Of a stretch of 64,000 bases of DNA, positions 48,719 through 57,200 are shown piece by piece. How positions within the stretch are numbered: the stretch's first letter is position 1; every line of letters starts with the position of its first letter. Under the pieces are notes generated by a model. The model did no database searches and was not told the DNA's origin. It worked only from the letters and a program-made list of their open reading frames with translations. The position numbers and the translations under genes are program-made. Origin of the DNA: Planctomycetota bacterium (GTDB lineage: Bacteria; Planctomycetota; UBA8108; UBA1146); NCBI GenBank assembly GCA_016776905.1, contig JADHSM010000011.1, positions 41,442 to 105,441 on the forward strand, in the 5' to 3' direction.

Positions 48719-51295
48719 TCACGGACAGTTGTAGCTGGCGCAATCTAGCGCATCCGTATCCGTGGGATCAGGCCCACAATCGACGGAGCCTGGTGCTGGC
48801 AATACAGGTCCACCGCTGAAGAGGGTGGCGAGCTTGAATATTGCGTCGGCAATATTCACTCCACCATCATCGTTGGCATCGCTGGCATCTGCACACGCAC
48901 TTGCAGGACCGCCACTGAAAAGTCCGGCGAGAAGGAAAACTGCATCAGCGATGTTGAATCCACCATCACCATTGGAATCACCTCGGCGGAATTCCGGAAG
49001 TACAGGTCCTCCTCCGCCTCCAGCCATCGCTGTGGCATAGAGTTCGACAAGCGCATCCCTGTCACCGGTGAAGCCGCCGAATTCCCAGCTTTGGCAAATG
49101 ACTTTTCCACCGGCATTCGTGCTGTAGTAGACACCCGTGGAATATGTACTGAGAGATTCTTCCCAAATGGGAGCGGCATCGGGCCCCAAGGAGTCTGTCG
49201 TGGTGGCGACCAACTGGTCGGTCCAATCATTTCCTGCGCCAGCATCCTGTGTGTAATCCACCGCGGCATATGCACTGAGATCTAGACCAAAGGTACTGTC
49301 GAGTCCATTCATGGTCAGGAAGGTATCGTCACCATCGAAAATCCCGTCAGCGACGCCATCGATGGCTCCGAATGAAGGATCGACGGGGTCGAATCCCCAC
49401 GCATCTCCAGCTTCTACATAAATACCAATACCTAAGAACTGTGCATCTGCGATGGCGAGTGAAGAGCCCACAGACATTGCTGCATTATTGGGGAATGTTC
49501 CTCCGCAATACCAAATCCGCTCAATGGCACTCGTTCCTGGGTCTAGAAGTCCGCAGGGTGCGTTTTCAGGTTGCCCTTCAACGATGAGAGGAAGACGCCC
49601 AGTCGCGGTCAATGCATCAGAGAGTGCGCCTGCACTGTCGACGGCTCCCGCAACGTTTTCGACGCGGAAGATAATATCGGTGGCGTTGATATCTGGCACA
49701 GTTAGAGCGAGTCCTGTGGGAGCACTGCTCAAACCACAGTTGGTGCTAGTGCCGACGACTTCATAGAAAGCTGAACCTGGTACAGGACTTGTGTCGGTGA
49801 AAAAGGTTGTTCCGGAAGGAAGACCAGAAGCGAGTGAAACTCCATCTTTGAAGACTTCATACTCGTCGTAGGTTGGACCAATTCCTGCACCATCCCATGC
49901 GATTTCGACAAAGCCAGAAAGGCAATCATAGAAACCTGTCAATCCAGTGATGGGAGATACATCGATGAGAATTGTACCGGGGCCTCTATCTCCACCGAAT
50001 CCAGAGATACGTAGCAAGTAAGTAGTTCCGACAAAGGCAGTGAGATTGAGTGCACTCTGGAATCCACAACTGTCATCGTTGCATTCAATCAGCGTCATTC
50101 CTGCGCAGTTTCCTGGAGTGGGGCCCGCATCAAAGACTTCGAAGGCAGTGTCATAACTCGATCCGCAAAGCGAAATGTTAAAGACACTGTCGCACGGTGG
50201 AGTAAAGGTATACCACTGATCGACCGAACCCCCGTTTCCGCAACTGAATGCAGGAGCGGAAGGGTCGAGCAGTGCAAATGTTGTGTCAAAGTCTGTAGGA
50301 ATTCCGAGCGTTATCGGCAGGGCGGTATCGCAAGTATCGTTATCAATAGCACTGCAATGAATCAGGCTACAAGAAGAAGACCAACTGGTTGTCGCAGTGC
50401 ACAATCCCACGATTTCGTAGTTATGGACACCATCATCCACACCGATGTCCTGGTAAGAAGTCGCATTCCCCGGAAGTGTTGCAATATCTACACCATCACG
50501 AATCACCGTAATCCCTTGTGAGTAGGGTCCCGGCTGAAAACTCGTCCAGCTGAGATCCACGGTATCGGTGACACAGTCGGAAACGCAGTTCAGGGTGTCG
50601 AATGGGCAACAGTTTCCACAACCACCCAAGACATCCACGTACACATCGTCGTAGTAAAAGGTTCCACCTGATCCGTTGTACAGATCTAGGCATCTCATCT
50701 GATTCGAGCCGCCGACCTGCCATACGTTTTCGCGCATGATCTCAGTTCCAGCGTAATAAGCGCTGTACAAATTATTGTCGATGTCTACGACGACTCGTAT
50801 TTCAATCCATTGGTCATAGCGAAGTTGAGTCGGTGTCGACAAACCCGTGATAGCGGAGGATCCACCAGCATCGGTAACGAGGCCTGTGGCATCACTCATC
50901 TCGATTTGAACAGACCAATTCTTGGGCCCATTGTGTTCATACGTATTCAGCAGAATGAAGTAATAGGTTCCTGCTTGCCCAGACGGGACGTAGACATTTG
51001 AAGTGAATTCAAATTGGCCCTGATTGAGTCCGTTGAAGAGTCGGACGATGTCATCATTGTCCTGGAGCTCGAGGGAATTTACTCCTCCTGTAGTGGAATT
51101 GAATGTGTCGACAACGACACTATCTACTCCGGCTGCTTGATCCCAGGTGTCCCAGCTGCCTTGTCCCGCAATAGTTGAACCGACAGCGTAACTTTCAAAA
51201 CTGTCAGAATCTAACTGGGCAAAAGCGGGCGAGACCAAACTGCTGAGCACTAGCAAAATGGTGACAACGGCGGCATTTAATCCATGATTATTCAT
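48719..51295 (-). CDS. large secreted modular protein: LamG-like, Fn3-like, PPC-like, Fn3-like, unknown module, double dockerin-like tail
   Basis: The SD sequence AAAGGAGG lies 4 nt before ATG 51295, and the signal peptide is MNNHGLNAAVVTILLVLSSLVSPAFA. The C-terminus carries DSNGDGGFNIAD and DANDDGGVNIAD, followed by DCGPDPTDTDALDCASYNCP. Confidence 0.8.
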   Translation of the reverse strand: MNNHGLNAAVVTILLVLSSLVSPAFAQLDSDSFESYAVGSTIAGQGSWDTWDQAAGVDSVVVDTFNSTTGGVNSLELQDNDDIVRLFNGLNQGQFEFTSNVYVPSGQAGTYYFILLNTYEHNGPKNWSVQIEMSDATGLVTDAGGSSAITGLSTPTQLRYDQWIEIRVVVDIDNNLYSAYYAGTEIMRENVWQVGGSNQMRCLDLYNGSGGTFYYDDVYVDVLGGCGNCCPFDTLNCVSDCVTDTVDLSWTSFQPGPYSQGITVIRDGVDIATLPGNATSYQDIGVDDGVHNYEIVGLCTATTSWSSSCSLIHCSAIDNDTCDTALPITLGIPTDFDTTFALLDPSAPAFSCGNGGSVDQWYTFTPPCDSVFNISLCGSSYDTAFEVFDAGPTPGNCAGMTLIECNDDSCGFQSALNLTAFVGTTYLLRISGFGGDRGPGTILIDVSPITGLTGFYDCLSGFVEIAWDGAGIGPTYDEYEVFKDGVSLASGLPSGTTFFTDTSPVPGSAFYEVVGTSTNCGLSSAPTGLALTVPDINATDIIFRVENVAGAVDSAGALSDALTATGRLPLIVEGQPENAPCGLLDPGTSAIERIWYCGGTFPNNAAMSVGSSLAIADAQFLGIGIYVEAGDAWGFDPVDPSFGAIDGVADGIFDGDDTFLTMNGLDSTFGLDLSAYAAVDYTQDAGAGNDWTDQLVATTTDSLGPDAAPIWEESLSTYSTGVYYSTNAGGKVICQSWEFGGFTGDRDALVELYATAMAGGGGGPVLPEFRRGDSNGDGGFNIADAVFLLAGLFSGGPASACADASDANDDGGVNIADAIFKLATLFSGGPVLPAPGSVDCGPDPTDTDALDCASYNCP

Positions 51296-51589
51296 GGTGC
51301 CTCCTTTCAGATTTTTATTGAACAAAGCCCGATTCGCCCGTTTTTGTGTTTTTGGTGAAAGGGAAAAGCCCTTTCCGAAAACAAAACCGGACGGATATAT
51401 CTAATTGTATGCACCACAGAGATACTCGCAACAGGGCAGAATTGCCGGAATTGGCTTTAATCGTTGAATAGCTTGGTTATTAGAAATATTTTTTGGTAAC
51501 TGAGTTCATTTATCTATAAATTCTCCATTGTTGTACGGAACGAGGACGCTCTTCGTTCCGTCATATAAAAAGAAGACAAGGAAGCATTC

Positions 51590-52321
51590 ATGATCATGGA
51601 CACCCACTTACTGAGTCTCGGTTTTCTTTATCTTGATCCCATGTTTTTCGTATTTGTCGGCCCTGCCTTTTTACTTGCGATGTGGGCCCAGGCGCGCGTG
51701 AAAACAGCTTTTTCTAAATGGTCAGCAGTACCCTGTAGAAGAGGATGGACCGGAGCCGAAGTGGCAAGGCGAGTTTGTGAACTTGGTGGAGCCCATGATG
51801 TTCAGATTGAGATATCGAAAGGTTATCTCTCGGACCACTATGATCCGAGGGGGCGAGTGTTAAGGCTTTCTTCCGAAAATTATCATGGCCGAAGTGTTGC
51901 AGCCGCAGCTATTGCTGCTCACGAAGCCGGTCACGCGATTCAGCATGCGGTCAATTATCCTTGGCTTTCTTTGAGAAGTGCGTATGTTCCCGTCGCGAGT
52001 CTGGGATCTTGGCTTTCGTTTCCTATGTTGTTAGCGGGTGGATTGCTCTCGATTCCGATGCTGATTAAGGCGGGTATCTTTCTTTTTGGGGGAGTGGTAT
52101 TTTTCCAGATCATCACTTTGCCCGTTGAGTTCAATGCCAGTTCTAGAGCGAAGCGTGTTCTTCGTGAGAGCGGCCTGATCAGCGACTCAGAAGAGATGCG
52201 AGGGGTCGAAAGTGTGCTTGGCGCTGCAGCGATGACTTATGTTGCTGCTACGATCCAATCTTTGCTGACCCTGCTTTACTACTTATGGAGATCAGGGTTA
52301 CTAGGCGGCCAGCGAAACTAA
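51590..52321 (+). CDS. membrane zinc metallopeptidase (Zn_peptidase_2 / YugP-like)
   Basis: Carries the HEAGHAIQH motif between TM segments. Length is 243 aa. Confidence 0.75.
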   Translation: MIMDTHLLSLGFLYLDPMFFVFVGPAFLLAMWAQARVKTAFSKWSAVPCRRGWTGAEVARRVCELGGAHDVQIEISKGYLSDHYDPRGRVLRLSSENYHGRSVAAAAIAAHEAGHAIQHAVNYPWLSLRSAYVPVASLGSWLSFPMLLAGGLLSIPMLIKAGIFLFGGVVFFQIITLPVEFNASSRAKRVLRESGLISDSEEMRGVESVLGAAAMTYVAATIQSLLTLLYYLWRSGLLGGQRN

Positions 52322-52351
52322 GATTTCTGCATGAAAGAAGATCGGTGTTTC

Positions 52352-53422
52352 TCAGTCTTTGAAAATGACATTGAGTAGGTCTGCTGGTTTGACTTCTTTT
52401 TTGTGCCGGCTGAACCCAAAGGGAGTTGGGCGGAAGGTGCCCACGAGGTCTACTTTCCCTTTACCGTCGATTTTGTCTTCCATTCCGAGGCACCAGTAAC
52501 TGGCCTGAATCAATAGTCTTCGACTGCCTTCACGGGAGAAAGCTTGCGAAGCCCCGAGTGTCGTGGAAAAGACGCGTTGTTTTTTTCCATTACTTAATGA
52601 GCGCTCTCTGATCCAAGCCACCGGCATGATGGGATTGTTCTTGTCATATTTCTCTCCGTCTCTTTCTTCGATCTCACAGGGACCATCATCAGGGTCCATT
52701 CCGGAGAGGACTCTTCCGTTCAGAAGAGGTACGCAGCCCTCGGGGAGGGGAAGATTGACGGTATAGACATCGGAAGGATCCCACACATCTCCATCCTTGA
52801 TGCCTTTGAGTATCGGATGCTTTGAGTGTTCTTTTACGATGATCCCACTGCTACTTTGCCAACCGTGACCGCCATGGTGATCGACCCAGGTTTCTCCCAT
52901 GATTTGACGGCCGAAGCCGCCATTCCATTGCGAGTTTCTCCATGACCATCGGTGATATTTTCTGTCGACAGGAATGTCAAACGCATGTGTGGAAGTCCGA
53001 AGCCCGATGAGGGGCTTTCCTGATTCGACAAAGTCCACAATGAACTTCATTTGCTCATCCGGTAGGTTTCTGAATCGCGTGAAGATGACCATAAGGTCTG
53101 CAGTCTTGAGGGCTTCTAGACCTGGTATGTTGTCGAGAACTTCTGGATCAATAAATCCGGTTTCCTTATTGATAGAGAAAAGCACAGTGCATTTGAAGCC
53201 ATGGTATTTCGACAGAATATGCGCCAACTGAGGCATGCCTTCTTCGGATCGATATTCTTCATCCCCTGTGACGAAAACGATATGACGACCGTTGGGGGTT
53301 TTGGATTCAAGAGTAAGCCAGCGAGCGTCTTCTGAAGAGGTCCCAATAATTTCAGCAGAACAGGGGTTTAAGCTGAGAAAAAAGACCAATGCCATAAACA
53401 GTATTTTAAATGTATTCAACAA
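52352..53422 (-). CDS. ThuA-like (type 1 glutamine amidotransferase-like fold) secreted protein
   Basis: Has a signal peptide, followed by HIVFVTGDEEYRSEEGMPQLAHIL and DLMVIFTRFRNLP, the pattern seen in ThuA-domain proteins of PVC bacteria. Confidence 0.55.
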   Translation of the reverse strand: MLNTFKILFMALVFFLSLNPCSAEIIGTSSEDARWLTLESKTPNGRHIVFVTGDEEYRSEEGMPQLAHILSKYHGFKCTVLFSINKETGFIDPEVLDNIPGLEALKTADLMVIFTRFRNLPDEQMKFIVDFVESGKPLIGLRTSTHAFDIPVDRKYHRWSWRNSQWNGGFGRQIMGETWVDHHGGHGWQSSSGIIVKEHSKHPILKGIKDGDVWDPSDVYTVNLPLPEGCVPLLNGRVLSGMDPDDGPCEIEERDGEKYDKNNPIMPVAWIRERSLSNGKKQRVFSTTLGASQAFSREGSRRLLIQASYWCLGMEDKIDGKGKVDLVGTFRPTPFGFSRHKKEVKPADLLNVIFKD

Positions 53423-53865
53423 GGCGACCTCCTGTCATTTTCATAACATGAAAGTGGCCACCTGATCGATAAGAAAAGTGATGATTCTTTTGTTCAGGAA
53501 GGTCTACTTCGCCGGACGGTGAATTCATCGTCATCGGCTTTGAGTATTTTTTGAATGACTACGGTTAACTATGGAAGTGACAACTATGAGGGCATGCGCG
53601 TTCAAGAGAGTTAATGAAACAGTATTAGCATGTCGCGTATTAGAGTAATCCGAAAATCCGGACTCGTCGGACAGCAATTCTCAAAAGTTTTTTGAACAAA
53701 AAAAATAGCCTTAAAATGATGGGTTGTATTCGTCAGTCAAGAAGACAGACTGCAAATAATTCACAGGATAAGTGAGGGTCGATTAGGTCATTGATCACTC
53801 ACTACTTTGAAGCTCTCGTATCCGCCTGCGAGAGAACTGTGGCTCGAATGCTCGTAAAAATCCAA

Positions 53866-53894
53866 ATTGTTTGTAGGACTTTTCTACAAACAAT
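53866..53894. promoter_or_regulatory. perfect 11-bp inverted repeat (ATTGTTTGTAG-N7-CTACAAACAAT) in the 5' region of the S8 protease gene
   Basis: Read directly from the sequence. It lies 13 nt upstream of the SD AGGAGG (53908-13) and 24 nt upstream of ATG 53919. Confidence 0.7.
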
Positions 53895-53918
53895 ATGTCT
53901 ACGAATCAGGAGGATTGC

Positions 53919-54200
53919 ATGCTTAGATTTCTCTACATGCTTGTTTGTTTGTTTTTCTTGTCCCCAGGGTTGTTTGCCCAAGATCAAGTTAAGCAATGGT
54001 CATATCCGTATGGGGATTCTCAAGTTTCTCTTGTTCAGGATAACCCTGCAATCCTTGCGATATTAGTGGATCCCGCTGAAGAAGATCCAGAACAGTTGAT
54101 CTCCAATTTGGTGAGAGCTCGAAGCAACATTTTGGAAGTGGTAAGGCCAAAGCTCAGGAGTACCCGGGGCTATTTTATATTCCTTTGGAAAAGAAGTTAG
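53919..54200 (+). CDS. signal-peptide/pro-region fragment that most likely belongs to the downstream S8 protease (frame-shifted)
   Basis: AGGAGG-N5-ATG, then MLRFLYMLVCLFFLSPGLFAQDQ.... The ORF ends 16 nt inside the next ORF, which lacks any signal peptide. Confidence 0.6.
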   Translation: MLRFLYMLVCLFFLSPGLFAQDQVKQWSYPYGDSQVSLVQDNPAILAILVDPAEEDPEQLISNLVRARSNILEVVRPKLRSTRGYFIFLWKRS

Positions 54201-57200
54201 ATAAGAACGGGTTACTGAAGTTGACCGAAGTTCTTGCTTCAAGTCCGAGCATTGTCACTGCTGCTCCGCTTCTACATTTTGATCGAGCAGATTTAATTAC
54301 GCGACCAGAATTAATAGTCACATTTGATGGCTCTGTAGAAGATTCAGACATTCGTAAAATTTTGAACGCGAATGAATTGAGACCACTGAGAACTTTCTCT
54401 GGATTAGATCCGACATACCTCGTTTCTTTCATAGGGTCTCCCATGAAAGCATTCGAACTATCTTGGGAACTCATCAGATTCGATGAGGTTTCTGCCGCAG
54501 AGCCGAATTTTATTCAGGACCTTCCTGAGATGGCGACGCCGAATGATTCCCTCTATGCGAACCAATGGGATATGAACAACACGGGTCAGACGGGTGGAAC
54601 CCCTGGTGCAGATATGCATATGTCAGAGGCGTGGGATATTTCAACCGGATCCGCCAGTATCGTTGTCGCGATCATCGATGAGGGAGTCGATGTGGATCAC
54701 CCCGACCTTATTGCCAATATGGTTGCAGGTTTCGACGCGGTGACTGCGGATCCCACACCTGAGGGTGTTCCCGGAAATGCCAACTCGGGTGACGGTCACG
54801 GAACTTGTTGTGCAGGTATTGTCGCGGCCGATGGAAACAACGGACTGGGAGTTACCGGAGTCACATGGAATAGCAAGATCATGCCGATTCGTATCGGCTT
54901 TGGAAACTTCTGGACACAGACGGACTGGATCATCGATGGATTGACATGGCCCGTCGATAACGGTGCAGATGTCCTGTCCAACAGTTGGGGGGGTGGGGGT
55001 GCCAGTACCGCCATTCAAAATGCAGTCAGTTATGGAACTACGACGGGCCGAGGAGGATTGGGTTGTCCTAACTTCTTCGCTTCAGGAAATGATAATGGCG
55101 GAGTTTCATATCCAGCCGCTTATCCCGAAGCCATCGCAGTGGGGGCGTCGAGCCCGTGCGATGAACGCAAGAGTCCTTCCTCATGTGATGGAGAAACTTG
55201 GTGGGGCAGTAATTTTGGGTCAACGCTCGATTTTGTTGCACCAGGTCCGCTGACAACAACCGTTGATATCGCTGGGTCAGGTGGCTATAGCTCTGGAGAT
55301 TACACCTCTTCCTTCAATGGTACTTCTTCTGCGACTCCCCATGCGGCGGGAGCGGGAGCATTGCTTCTTGCGGTTGCTCCAGGATTGACGGAGTCAGAAG
55401 TACGGACATTGATGCGTCAAACTGCTGACGATCAGGTTGGACCCCCTTCTGAAGACACAGCGGGCTTCGACATTTACATGGGATATGGGCGGGTGAATTG
55501 CGAATCGCTCCTCTTGGCAGTGGCGAGTAATGTTCCAGGTCCCACAGGACTGAGTTGCAACAACTCTGGGGTCAGCACAGTGCTTTCGTGGAATAACGGA
55601 GCCAGTTACACCCAGGTCACAGTCTCGAGAAATGGAAGTGTGCTGGCCACCTTGTCGGGAGGCGCAACTTCTTACACTGACGGGGCGACGCCTACAGGTA
55701 CCTCTTCATACGCTGTTCGGGGATACCAGGGCGCAGATTTCAGTTCTGCAGCCAGTTGTTCAGTCTTCTCGATCGGAGATGCCACTGATCTCGTTTGGGC
55801 TCCTTCCGCTGCGGGCGGAGCTGTTTCAGGCGGGCAAGGGTTGGCGGATGCATTAACGGCAGCCGGACGCAGCCCACTTCTTGTCGCGAGTCTGAATGAT
55901 GTCAGCAATCTTGATATCTTCGAAGCTGTTTGGGTGAATCTCGGAATTTATCCTTCAAATCATGTGCTCTCTTCAGGAGAGTCCTCCCAGTTGGACAGCT
56001 ACCTTACGAATGGAACAGGTGGAAGCTTCCTTTATCTTGAAGGAGGAGATACCTGGGCGTATGACACCAGCACAACTGTGCATGGTCGCTTTGGAATTTC
56101 AGGACAATCCGATGGAACAGCCGATCTTTCCACGGTGACAGGAGCTGCGGGAGCAGGATGCGATCTCGCTGGAAATTCTTGGAGCTACGGAGGAGAAAAT
56201 AATTGGATCGACAGACTCGGAACGACCGGGTCCGGTGTTGTCTCACTCATCAATCCGAGCCCGTCATACAATGTGGGTATCTTCAACGATGCCGGAAGTT
56301 ATAAAACTTTTGGAGCATCCTTTGAAATCGCAGGATTGAACGATGGAGCCTCATCCAGAGCAGATCTTGTTTCTGCGATTCTGACTTGCTTCGCAGGGGT
56401 AGCACCTCCACCACCTCCGCCGGCTCCGGTAGCAGATTTTTCTGCGACTCCGACTTCGGGTGAGGTCCCTCTCAATGTGTCCTTCGGTAATCTCACGAGC
56501 GGCGACGTGACGGCATACTCCTGGAGTTTCGGGGATGGAAATGGGTCTTCCGGAAACAACCCATCTCATACTTATACTTCCGCAGGGGTATACACCGTCA
56601 CATTGACGGCAACAGGCCCTGGTGGTTCCGATACAGCGACATGTTCTGCATGTATCACTGTGAATGATCCACCCCCTCCGCCTGCTCCAGTCGCTGGTTT
56701 CTCGGTGACGCCCACCTCAGGTGAGACGCCACTCCTTGTGTCGATGACGAATGAAACCACCGGTGACGTGACGGGATACTCCTGGGACTTTGGAGATGGA
56801 AACGGTTCGACCGCTAGCGATCCAAATCATACTTACTCTTCCCCTGGAGTTTACACCATCACTTTGACGGCGACGGGACCGGGTGGTTCGGATACTGCGA
56901 TCTGTCTAGACTGTGTCACAGTATCGGACCCACCTCCTCCACCTGCACCGGTCGCAGATTTCTTGGCAACTCCTAATTCAGGGGACGCACCTCTGGTGGT
57001 AGCGTTCGTCAACTTGTCGTCGGGAGATATTGACTCTTACTTATGGGACTTTGGCGATGGAAATGGATCCTCTGCGAGCGATCCGAACCATACTTACACA
57101 GCTTCTGGGCTTTATAATGTGACGTTGACGGTCACCGGTCCTGGTGGATCTGACACTGCTGTTTGTAACAATTGTATTACCGTCACTGATCCACCCCCTC

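Noticed and set aside
54150-54190. Programmed ribosomal frameshift in the S8 protease gene
   Set aside because: There is no slippery heptamer and no obvious downstream pseudoknot or hairpin. A single-base indel in the G run is the simpler explanation.
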